Source: Methanobacteriota archaeon | GTDB lineage: Archaea; Thermoplasmatota; Thermoplasmata; Methanomassiliicoccales; UBA472 | DNA length: 44,770 bases | Reading direction: 5' to 3' | Assembly (NCBI GenBank): GCA_029560215.1 | Contig: JAKPZB010000068.1 | Coordinates: 1-44,770, forward strand | Shown: positions 35,449 through 43,508 of the stretch, piece after piece | How the letters are laid out: each line of letters starts with the position of its first letter | Numbering within the stretch: the first letter of the stretch is position 1 | Notes under the pieces: model-generated | Told to the model about the DNA's origin: nothing | What the model saw: only the letters and a program-made list of their open reading frames with translations | Databases searched by the model: none | Position numbers and translations under genes: made by a program

Positions 35449-36831
35449 ATGGTCGTCCGATCCGTCAATCCGCGCACTGGTCAGGTCATAAAGGAATTCG
35501 ATTCCAACGTTCCAGACGATGTCCCAGAAGCTTTGGCCAGAGGCCGCGAGGCTCAGCGGAAGTGGATGCGGGAATGGGATAAGGAGGAACGGATCATTGC
35601 GGTGCTGGAGCTGCGCACCGCCCTGCAGGCGATGAAGGACGACATCATCGCCACCGAGACGCTGGAAGGGGGATTCCCCCAGAAGGACGTGGTCGGCACC
35701 TACAACGGGGTCATCAAGGGCTTCGACCATTACGCCGCGGAGGCCAGAGCGGTCGGCGATTATGACTTCCCGCTCGACCCGGCGGGATGGCCGGACACCA
35801 AGGCCACCATCAACCTGGTGCCGCACGGCGTGATAGCGCACATCGGAATCTGGAACTATCCGTTCTGGCAGTCCATGATAACCCTCATCCCGGCGCTCAT
35901 GGCCGGCAACGCGGTGGTCTTCAAGCCCTCCGAGCTGACCACCATGACCGGGTTGAAGATCAAGGAGGCCTTCGGCCATACAAGCATGCCGCCGGAGCTG
36001 TTCCAGATGCTCATAGGCGGCGCGGACGTGGGAAAGGCCATGGCGGCCGCCCCCTTCGACGCGCTGGTCTTCACCGGAGGCCGGGCGACCGGGCTGGACA
36101 TCACCAGGAACGCTGGCATCAAACCGATGGTCCTGGAGCTCTCCGGTAACGATCCGGGGATCGTCTGCGCGGACGTCAACGTTCAGGAGGCGGCCAGAGG
36201 CGTGGCCAGCGGAGCGTTCTCTCACGGAGGCCAGGTCTGCATACGGGTCAAGCGGCTGTACGTGGTGGAGAGCGTTGCCGAGGCCTTCATCACCGAACTG
36301 CTCAAGGTCGTGGCCAGGATCGATGTGGAGCATCAGATCGGACCGCTCATTCGCGAGGAGGCCAGGGCGAAGGTCCATGAGAAGGTCCACAGGGCCGTGC
36401 ACGCCGGTTGCGAACTGCTGACCGGCGGAGAGAGCTTGCCTGGCCTGGGATACTACTTCGAGCCCACCATTCTTAAGGTCGACGACGACAACCTGGAGAT
36501 AATCAAGGAGGAGACCTTCGGGCCGGTCCTTCCGATCAGGGTGGTCAAGGACGAGGAGGAGGCCATCAGGTTGGCCAACGATAGCGATTACGGGCTCGGC
36601 GCCACGGTCTGGACCTGCGATCCGGACAAGGGGGAGGCGATCGCCAGGCGCCTGGAGGCCGGGAACGTCTGGATAAACGAGCATGGCCGCACCATCAACT
36701 GCGGCGAGCTGTTCCAGGGATGGAAGTGTAGCGGGATCGCCAGCACCAATCGGCGCATCACCCTGTTCATGAAGAAGCGGACCATCGTCAACCACCGCTC
36801 CAGCCAGGCCCGGCCGCACTGGTTCAAGTGA
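35449..36831 (+). CDS. NAD(P)-dependent aldehyde dehydrogenase
   Basis: WNYP, AGNAVVFKPSE, FTGG, LELSG, GQVC, EETFGP, ANDSDYGL. Confidence 0.94.
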   Translation: MVVRSVNPRTGQVIKEFDSNVPDDVPEALARGREAQRKWMREWDKEERIIAVLELRTALQAMKDDIIATETLEGGFPQKDVVGTYNGVIKGFDHYAAEARAVGDYDFPLDPAGWPDTKATINLVPHGVIAHIGIWNYPFWQSMITLIPALMAGNAVVFKPSELTTMTGLKIKEAFGHTSMPPELFQMLIGGADVGKAMAAAPFDALVFTGGRATGLDITRNAGIKPMVLELSGNDPGIVCADVNVQEAARGVASGAFSHGGQVCIRVKRLYVVESVAEAFITELLKVVARIDVEHQIGPLIREEARAKVHEKVHRAVHAGCELLTGGESLPGLGYYFEPTILKVDDDNLEIIKEETFGPVLPIRVVKDEEEAIRLANDSDYGLGATVWTCDPDKGEAIARRLEAGNVWINEHGRTINCGELFQGWKCSGIASTNRRITLFMKKRTIVNHRSSQARPHWFK

Positions 36832-36882
36832 TCTCTCCCGGACCTCAGAAAACCCTTATTAGGGCGACCCTGATTCCGGTGC

Positions 36883-37842
36883 ATGGTGGGGAACAGCGGG
36901 GAGATGGTTTCGGTTAGTGGCATATACAAGCGGTACAAGGACCTCCCAGTCCTTTTGAACCTCAGCTTTGACATACCGAAGGGCTCCATATTCGGATACA
37001 TCGGGCCGAACGGCTCGGGTAAGACCACCACCATCAAGATCATGACCGGCCTCATCCGCGATTTCCAGGGCGAGGTTAGCATCGAAGGACGGTCGATACG
37101 CAATTGGAGCTCCGAACTGAGCTCCACCATCGGATATCTTCCGCAGCAGACCTCCCTGCAGGAATGGAGGACCGTCGACCAGACCCTGTACACCTTCGGC
37201 CGGCTCTCCGGTCTTCAGGCGAGCGAGGTCGATAAGCGGATCAAAGAGGTCACCGAGATGCTGGGCATCGCCGAATATCGCAAGCGGAAGGTCAGTAAGC
37301 TTTCCGGGGGCACGCTGCAGAAGGTGGGCATGGCCCAGGCCATGCTGCACCGCCCCAAGCTCATGGTGCTGGACGAACCGGTCGCCGGACTGGACCCCGA
37401 AAGCCGCGTGCTCTTCAAGAACCTGTTCCGCCAGCTATCCCGCGAAGGCACCACCATCTTCTTCTCGTCCCACATATTGAGCGATATCGAGGACGTCGCG
37501 GACACCATCGGCATCCTTGGCCAGGGGCGGATGCGCTACATGGGCTCCATGGAGGAGCTGAGGGAGAGGGTGGGAAGGAGCACCGAGGTGAGTCTGGAGA
37601 CGGTCGAACCGATCCCGGACGACAGACTTCTGGAAAGCCTGCCTGGCGTGTCCAAGGTGGAGCGGGTGGCCGACAATCGGTTCCACATAATCCTCCAGGA
37701 AAACGGACAGATCGACACGGTGGTCGACAGCGCCATCAGGGCGGTGCTCGCCCAAGGGTTGCACATCAGGGGAATTCATCCCAACCGGCAATCTCTGGAG
37801 TCGCTATATCTCAGCTATACCGACGGGGAGGGAAGACCATGA
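36883..37842 (+). CDS. ABC transporter ATP-binding protein (exporter type)
   Basis: GPNGSGKTT, LSGG, LDEPVAGLDP, SSH. Confidence 0.94.
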   Translation: MVGNSGEMVSVSGIYKRYKDLPVLLNLSFDIPKGSIFGYIGPNGSGKTTTIKIMTGLIRDFQGEVSIEGRSIRNWSSELSSTIGYLPQQTSLQEWRTVDQTLYTFGRLSGLQASEVDKRIKEVTEMLGIAEYRKRKVSKLSGGTLQKVGMAQAMLHRPKLMVLDEPVAGLDPESRVLFKNLFRQLSREGTTIFFSSHILSDIEDVADTIGILGQGRMRYMGSMEELRERVGRSTEVSLETVEPIPDDRLLESLPGVSKVERVADNRFHIILQENGQIDTVVDSAIRAVLAQGLHIRGIHPNRQSLESLYLSYTDGEGRP

Positions 37843-38495
37843 GCCTCGCACTCTTATTTAAGGACGAACTGAACGGGTTCTACCGCTCCAAGGTAATGCT
37901 GGCCCTTTGGGTCGGGCTGCCGGCCATGGCGGTGTTGCTCTACTTCCTGGTGGACAACATCGAAGGCATGTCGATAACATTCTTCACTGGAATCATGGTG
38001 TCAAGTATCGGCGGCCTGCTGACCTCCGTGCTCATCGTGGTGAACATACTGAACGAGAAGGAGAAGAAGGTCTACGACCTGTTCCTGATCCGTCCGATCC
38101 GCAGGGAGAATCTGCTGCTGGCCAAGTTCGGCGCGGTGTTCCTGTGCGTGATGGTGGCCTCCTTCATCGCCATCACCCTGGCCGCGGTTCTGGACAGCGC
38201 CACCGAAGGATACGACGTCCAGGAGATACTCTCGTCCATGAAGGACTCCCTTATAATCACCGTTTCCATCATGGCCATCAATTGTTCGGCCGGTGTGCTC
38301 ATCGGGGTGTTCTCGCCCAGCGTGCTGGTGGGAGTGCTCCTGGTGCTATTCGGTTCCAACCAGTTGTCATCGATGGTCCTGTTGCCAATGATCACCGGCT
38401 GGGGAGAGATGTGGATGGTCGGGCTGGCTTCTATCGGAATATCCGCGCTGTTGCTGTTCGGGGCCGCCCTGGTGTTCAGACATAAGGAGTTCTGA
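37839..38495 (+). CDS. ABC-2-type permease
   Basis: ATGA overlap; about six TM helices; EKEKKVYDLFLIRPIRR..LLAKF. Confidence 0.85.
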   Translation: MSLALLFKDELNGFYRSKVMLALWVGLPAMAVLLYFLVDNIEGMSITFFTGIMVSSIGGLLTSVLIVVNILNEKEKKVYDLFLIRPIRRENLLLAKFGAVFLCVMVASFIAITLAAVLDSATEGYDVQEILSSMKDSLIITVSIMAINCSAGVLIGVFSPSVLVGVLLVLFGSNQLSSMVLLPMITGWGEMWMVGLASIGISALLLFGAALVFRHKEF

Positions 38496-38497
38496 GA

Positions 38498-38965
38498 TCA
38501 GACCATCTCGGCGGACATGTATCCGTCGATCAATGCGTCGAAGTGAAGTGAGGTGTTCCAGCCCGCCTTGCGGAAGGCGTCCATGAACCCCAGCGCCACC
38601 ACCTTCCGCTTCTTCGGTATCTGCGAGAGCAGGGCCTTAACGTCATCAACGGGGCAACCGAACTTCGGTATGGCCAATCCTCCAAGTATAACGATGACAT
38701 CGGCCTCTCCCGGTTCAAAGGGTTCCTTGCCGATCTGGAATCCAGCCCCGTCGACCCATTTCATAACGCGGCTGCGGTCCCACACCGCCTTAGGACAGAA
38801 ACCGAATCGCATATTGCGGTCCCTCACGGCATAGGCCAGCAGCTGGGCGAACGGAGGGCAGACCGCCTCCGATCCCACGAAAAGTATTGTACTACCATCT
38901 TCCACTTCGACCAATGTCTCCCGGAACAATTTGGTAAGGCCGGAAATGCCCTCCGCTTTGGCCAT
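38498..38965 (-). CDS. DUF2124-family protein (methanogen-associated)
   Basis: CPPFAQLLAYAVRD, VILGGLAIPK, FMDAFRKAGW..FDALID; start placed at ATG 38965. Confidence 0.75.
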   Translation of the reverse strand: MAKAEGISGLTKLFRETLVEVEDGSTILFVGSEAVCPPFAQLLAYAVRDRNMRFGFCPKAVWDRSRVMKWVDGAGFQIGKEPFEPGEADVIVILGGLAIPKFGCPVDDVKALLSQIPKKRKVVALGFMDAFRKAGWNTSLHFDALIDGYMSAEMV

Positions 38966-39339
38966 GATGATGTCGAGCTTGGTCCATCCAGATATTTCTT
39001 TCGAATTCAATTATAAATTATTTGAAAAATATAATATTGCGCCCGGATGAACAATGTTAGTTCATTATAACGTCCAGATCTAAATGATTTATTAATATAA
39101 ATATAATATACTCATATAATATTGATTAAAGATATAATTAATTTAGCCTATATCTAAACTGCATAAAATAATTCAGGACAACTCAATTTCAAATACTTTC
39201 GAGCATTAGTCGAAATCTAATATACATTAATAATTTAAAATGTAATCTAAATCAAATAAAATAATATAGTATTAACATAAACTATACAATTTATCGTCAG
39301 ACAATCGTCGGCTATTATATATGCAATAATACAATTATC

Positions 39340-39354
39340 ATATGATTCAGCGGT
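39340..39354 (+). repeat. Left copy of 15-bp direct repeat, ATATGATTCAGCGGT
   Basis: 14 of 15 identical to 41056-41070; ends 4 nt before the first recombinase ATG. Confidence 0.55.
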
Positions 39355-39358
39355 CAAT

Positions 39359-40216
39359 ATGTCAGACAATGAGCGACTGAGGGCGGCTATCTATGCCAGG
39401 GTCTCCACCGAGGATCAGGCTCGGGAAGGATACAGCATAGCGGCCCAGCTCAAGCGTCTGCGCTCCTATTGCCTGGCCAGGGGGTGGACCGTCGCCAACG
39501 AATACGTCGACGACGGCTACAGCGGAAGGAGCCCGGAGCGTCCAGAGTACAAGAGGATGATGCACGAAAAAGATCTCTGGGACGTTGTCGTTGTCCTCAA
39601 GATGGACCGTATCCACCGCAACAGCCGCAACTTCGCCATGATGATGGACTTCCTGCGTTCCTGGAACAAGGAGTTCAACTCCACCCAGGAGAACTTCGAT
39701 ACCACCACCGCCATCGGTCGGTTCGTCATGGACACGGTCCAGAGGATCGCCCAGCTGGAGAGCGAGCAGATCGGGGAGAGGGTGAAGGTGGCCATGACCC
39801 AGAAGGCGCTGGAGAAGAAAGGACACCTGGGATGCCCGGAACCTTATGGATACAGATATCAGGATGGCCAGTTGTTGATCGATGAGAACGAGGCGATGGT
39901 GGTGGATATGATATTCCGCATGGCTGGGAATCTTTGCTCCCTGAGCCAGATCGTCGAAGTGCTTAACGATTCACGCGTCCCCACCAAGAACGGAGGGGAA
40001 TGGCAGCGGCCTACCGTGCACGGGATACTGGCCAACCGCATCTATCTCGGCCAGCTGGTATGGGACGGCATCGTTCAAGAGGCCCCTCACCTGAAGATGA
40101 TCGATCCCGAACTTTTCCAGGAGGTCCAAGAGATCTCAGCTCAGAGGATCAAGTCCAGGCGCAGCCCGAAGCGCATACCCGCCAAGTCACTCTTCCGGAG
40201 CGAGGCGCATGCCTAG
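39359..40216 (+). CDS. Serine recombinase A (resolvase catalytic domain plus Recombinase DNA-binding domain), 285 aa
   Basis: AAIYARVSTEDQ, DDGYSG..RP, KMDRIHRN, AQLESEQIGER, PYGY, W..PTV.GIL.NRIYLG. Confidence 0.93.
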   Translation: MSDNERLRAAIYARVSTEDQAREGYSIAAQLKRLRSYCLARGWTVANEYVDDGYSGRSPERPEYKRMMHEKDLWDVVVVLKMDRIHRNSRNFAMMMDFLRSWNKEFNSTQENFDTTTAIGRFVMDTVQRIAQLESEQIGERVKVAMTQKALEKKGHLGCPEPYGYRYQDGQLLIDENEAMVVDMIFRMAGNLCSLSQIVEVLNDSRVPTKNGGEWQRPTVHGILANRIYLGQLVWDGIVQEAPHLKMIDPELFQEVQEISAQRIKSRRSPKRIPAKSLFRSEAHA

Positions 40217-41030
40217 GGTGGCCATATATACCCGGGTTTCTACCGAGGACCAGGCCAGGGAAGGTTTTTCTCTGGCCGCTCAGAAACAGCGATTAGAAGC
40301 ATTTTGCGACGCACAGGGCTGGGACATCGCGGATTACTACATCGATGACGGTCATTCCGGCCGGAACATCCGCCGGCCAGCCTATCGCCGGATGATGGAA
40401 GAACGCGATAGATGGGACATCATCCTGGTCATGAAGATGGACCGTATCCACCGCAACTCCAAGAACTTCATGATAATGATGGAGAACCTGGAGAAGTGGG
40501 GCAAGAAGTTCAGCTCAATGAACGAGTCGCTGGACACATCCAACGCCGTCGGCCGCTTCGTGGTGGACATCATCCAGAGGATCGCCCAGCTGGAAAGCGA
40601 ACAGATCGGCGAGCGCACGTACATGGGCATGAGACAGAAGGCCGAATCTGGCCAGGGGCTATTGGGATTCCGTGTTCCTTATGGATATCGGCTCCGGGAA
40701 GGGATGCTTCACGTTGACGACACAGAAGCGGAAGTGGTCCGCTCCATATACAATAGATATCTTTCCGGACAGACCATGGAGATGATCGCCTGGGGGCTGA
40801 ACCGGGACGGGACAACCACCCGGACCGAGGGCGACTGGACGGTATGGTCGATAAGCCGCATCTTGCACAACCCGGTGTATGCCGGATACTTGCGCTGGGA
40901 GGACCTGGTCAATCCCGCGGAGCACGCGTCCATAATAGACGTCGCCACCTTCAACAAGGTTCAGGTCATGATAGCTGGCAAGATAAAGAACAGAACGCAT
41001 GCCGCGGCTAAACTTCTCCCCGAGAAATGA
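40209..41030 (+). CDS. Serine recombinase B (paralog of A), 273 aa
   Basis: VAIYTRVSTEDQ, DDGHSG..RP, KMDRIHRN, AQLESEQIGER, PYGY, ILHNPVYAG; 8-nt overlap with A. Confidence 0.93.
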   Translation: MPRVAIYTRVSTEDQAREGFSLAAQKQRLEAFCDAQGWDIADYYIDDGHSGRNIRRPAYRRMMEERDRWDIILVMKMDRIHRNSKNFMIMMENLEKWGKKFSSMNESLDTSNAVGRFVVDIIQRIAQLESEQIGERTYMGMRQKAESGQGLLGFRVPYGYRLREGMLHVDDTEAEVVRSIYNRYLSGQTMEMIAWGLNRDGTTTRTEGDWTVWSISRILHNPVYAGYLRWEDLVNPAEHASIIDVATFNKVQVMIAGKIKNRTHAAAKLLPEK

Positions 41031-41055
41031 AAAATCATCCAGATGATAAGAAAGG

Positions 41056-41070
41056 ATATGATTCAGAGGT
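41056..41070 (+). repeat. Right copy of 15-bp direct repeat, ATATGATTCAGAGGT
   Basis: Begins 25 nt after the recombinase B stop. Confidence 0.55.
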
Positions 41071-41250
41071 ACTCTCAAAACATATTATTGGGAGGATGTG
41101 AAATAGTTTCAGGATATTTATATTTATTCTAAAATTAGGCCAGTTAAATGGCGGTCAAACCTTTTGATATTTAACGGCCTATAAAAAAATCCATTAACGC
41201 TGGTTAATCGGTAAAGTTTATATTATCTACCCCAACCGATACTTTAAACA

Positions 41251-41267
41251 GGATTGTTGAACAATCC
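41251..41267. promoter_or_regulatory. Perfect 8-1-8 palindrome downstream of a TATA box (operator or 5' hairpin)
   Basis: GGATTGTT-G-AACAATCC; TTTATATT at 41217-24. Confidence 0.55.
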
Positions 41268-41301
41268 AAATAGGGACAGTCCGAAGGGAGAGGGGATCAC
41301 A

Positions 41302-41409
41302 ATGGGAGAGATTTCGAAAGATGCTATGATGACATCAGAGATGATGGCATCGCTGGCATCTGAACAATTTACCTCATCCTTCTATTTGTCCACAGAAAAG
41401 GAGAGATAG
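41302..41409 (+). CDS. Putative leader peptide/uORF, 35 aa
   Basis: MGEISKDAMMTSEMMASLASEQFTSSFYLSTEKER*; purine-rich SD GGAGAGGGG; TAG ends 2 nt before the next ATG. Confidence 0.4.
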   Translation: MGEISKDAMMTSEMMASLASEQFTSSFYLSTEKER

Positions 41410-41411
41410 AA

Positions 41412-41996
41412 ATGGCAGAAGAAAGCAACGTACACACAAAAATGGCAATGGCCGAGGTTTTGGGGCTTTACATGATTGCCCTAATCGGTATCTTGGTCGG
41501 TTGCTATGGCCTGGGTGTCTTTGATGGCCTTGGGGTCATCATTGGGATCAGCACTTACCTTGGTTTGGGTCTGCTCCTATGCACTTATGTGGCCTACAGA
41601 AATGAGAACCTGCTGCTGACTGGAATTTTCGGCGTCCTGGCCGTATTCCTGCTCGGCTTCCCGGCAATGGTCAACGGCGCGATGGGGACCCTCGGCGACT
41701 TCGATTCCGCAATGATCTATATGGTCTTTATCGGAGTCCTGCTGCTGGTCATGGGTGTGGTTTCCCTGGCTCAGCCGGTCAAAATGCTGCCCATACTGCT
41801 GATCGTAGCGGCAATCGCGTTCATCCTGCTGGGCCTGTGGTTCCAGAACGACCTGCCGAACGCCACCGAGGACTACCGCATGGTGACTGGAGTCCTCTGG
41901 CTGCTGGTCGGCCTGATCGCTACCTACATGGGTGCCGCAATCAGCCTACTGGTGATGAAGGGCAAGCCGGTCCTTCCGTTGCTCATCAAGGCATAA
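41412..41996 (+). CDS. Six-TM small-solute channel, divergent SatP/GPR1-FUN34-YaaH-like
   Basis: 194 aa, six hydrophobic segments; N-terminal MAMAEVLGL resembles the ANPAPLGL motif; C-terminal GKPVLPL. Confidence 0.6.
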   Translation: MAEESNVHTKMAMAEVLGLYMIALIGILVGCYGLGVFDGLGVIIGISTYLGLGLLLCTYVAYRNENLLLTGIFGVLAVFLLGFPAMVNGAMGTLGDFDSAMIYMVFIGVLLLVMGVVSLAQPVKMLPILLIVAAIAFILLGLWFQNDLPNATEDYRMVTGVLWLLVGLIATYMGAAISLLVMKGKPVLPLLIKA

Positions 41997-42020
41997 GCAG
42001 GACGAGCATAGAAACGCATC

Positions 42021-42046
42021 AAACCCTTTTCCAATTCTAATTTTTA
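42021..42046 (+). terminator. AAACCCTTTTCC pyrimidine-rich terminator-like motif
   Basis: About 25 nt after the stop; followed by a T tract. Confidence 0.45.
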
Positions 42047-42082
42047 CATAGCTTCAACAACTCCTATGGCCATGATCTGAAC

Positions 42083-42892
42083 ATGACCGGGGACCGCGCC
42101 CGCTGGTGCTGCGAGGATCTGAACGAGGCGATCGAGCTGGCAGCCAAGCGGAACAAGCAGGGGATAAGATGCATAATCGACCCCTTGGGGGAACTGGCCA
42201 AGGATCCTGTCTCAGCTGATGAGGCGCTCTCCGCAGCGGTCCAGACGATCGAAGCGATTGCCAGCCTTGGTCTGCACGCCTCGATCGCGTTGAAGCCGAC
42301 CGCGCTCGGGGCGGCATACGATCTCGACGAGTGCCTCGCCAGGGCCAAAGAGCTGACGCGCCTGGCCTGGAAGGAAGATATCGCCGTCGAGCTGGATATG
42401 GAAACCCGTAAGTACGTGGACGAGACGCTACGCATGGCCATCGTTCTGAGGGAAGATGGCCAGGGTCCGCTCAGCATCGCCCTCCAGGCGTATCTCTACC
42501 GTACCCCTATGGATGCCAGGCGCATGGACCGTATCGGAGCGAAGGTCCGTCTGGTGAAGGGCGCCTACGCTGGCGACATGGACGACTTCGATGGGATAAT
42601 GACCGCCATGTTGGACAACATTGATCTGCTGGCGAGCATGGGAAGGCCATTCAGCATCGGCACGCACGATCCGCGAGTGATAGAGCGGATCTGGAAGGAC
42701 CGGGGACTGAAGGGCGTGATGGAGGTAGGCATGCTGAAAGGCCTCGGGGACGAGACCAAGGTCAAGCTCGCCGGGAAGGGATGGTCGGTCGCCGAATACA
42801 TTCCCTACGGCAAGGACTCCTACGCTTATGTAACGAGAAGGGAGAACTATCTTCGGAATCTTAGCAACCTGGGGGTCGAACCTTGTCCGTAA
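42083..42892 (+). CDS. Monofunctional proline dehydrogenase family protein
   Basis: DPLGE, KPTALG, LDME, LQAYLYRT, VRLVKGAY, GTHD, YIPYG...Y..RR. Confidence 0.88.
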   Translation: MTGDRARWCCEDLNEAIELAAKRNKQGIRCIIDPLGELAKDPVSADEALSAAVQTIEAIASLGLHASIALKPTALGAAYDLDECLARAKELTRLAWKEDIAVELDMETRKYVDETLRMAIVLREDGQGPLSIALQAYLYRTPMDARRMDRIGAKVRLVKGAYAGDMDDFDGIMTAMLDNIDLLASMGRPFSIGTHDPRVIERIWKDRGLKGVMEVGMLKGLGDETKVKLAGKGWSVAEYIPYGKDSYAYVTRRENYLRNLSNLGVEPCP

Positions 42893-43188
42893 AGGGTTCG
42901 ATGCTCCTTTTCATGGGTTAAATATAGTAAATTTTTATCAATCCCCTTTTTCGACGTAAAACCTGGGCTGTAGACCCGATTTCTACGCCTTTCAAGTTGA
43001 TGTTAGGGAGTCCGTCGCATACAAATTTGAACTGGTCTGTACAACAAACTATCAAAATTCATCAAATTAATATGACTAATAATATCATTATTTCTATTTA
43101 TGTTTATATTAGCATTAATGTTATTGAAATTAAAAATATAATTAATAATAGCAAAACTATATACAATAATAATTCTATGGTGTATGTG

Positions 43189-43335
43189 ATGTCCGAAGGC
43201 AAAACAACTATACAATTGACAGAGGCGACACGGGACCGGCTCTACAAATTGAAATTCCGCAGGACCTACGACCAATTTCTGAACGAACTCTGCGATCTTT
43301 ATGAGACCGAGGAGAAAAAGAACCTGGAAAATTGA
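43189..43335 (+). CDS. Small ribbon-helix-helix-like DNA-binding protein, 48 aa
   Basis: KTTIQLTEATRDRLYKLK..TYDQFLNEL pattern; alternative ATG at 43177. Confidence 0.7.
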   Translation: MSEGKTTIQLTEATRDRLYKLKFRRTYDQFLNELCDLYETEEKKNLEN

Positions 43336-43508
43336 TGGTAGATCCAAACATAACTGTTAATGATAATTAAAATAATGTAGTAAAGCAACATATTAAAAAT
43401 ATGTATGTAAAACATTGACAAAGCGATTTTCATAAAAATTTTCAGCTCTGGTCGGGCGAGAAGGATTTTTAAGTCAGCGGCTCCCATAACAAATCCAGTG
43501 ATCTTCAC

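Larger units (their letters stand above)
39340..41070 (+). mobile_element. Putative twin serine-recombinase cassette (minimal element or island boundary)
   Basis: Two recombinase genes, flanking direct repeat, AT-rich flanks; mobility not demonstrated. Confidence 0.35.

Noticed and set aside
361..36819. Long antisense or alternate-frame ORFs (e.g. 361-1386, 4816-5913, 14424-15845, 16204-17382, 18356-19906, 29930-31216, 31649-33109, 35326-36819)
   Set aside because: Shadow ORFs of GC3-rich genes with clear family motifs on the other strand or frame; no motifs of their own
39127..39158. Resemblance to an archaeal dif site (AGATATAA...TATATCTAAA)
   Set aside because: Spacer is about 10 nt, not the 6 nt of Xer/dif sites; the similar ATAA-6-TTAA near 44713-44740 is also weak
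40209..40216. Pyrrolysine readthrough fusing recombinases A and B
   Set aside because: B is in a different frame from A, so TAG readthrough cannot fuse them
39359..41030. IS607-family element or prophage integrase
   Set aside because: No N-terminal HTH, no tnpB, no zinc ribbon/coiled coil and no viral genes in the window
41245..41411. Known riboswitch classes (lysine, SAM, glycine, fluoride, TPP, FMN) in the leader
   Set aside because: I could not match their conserved cores by eye; an Infernal scan is needed to exclude them properly
42997..43176. Asn/Ile-rich N-terminal extension of the RHH ORF and antisense ORF 43003-43347
   Set aside because: Translation of AT-rich non-coding DNA; composition unlike real genes here
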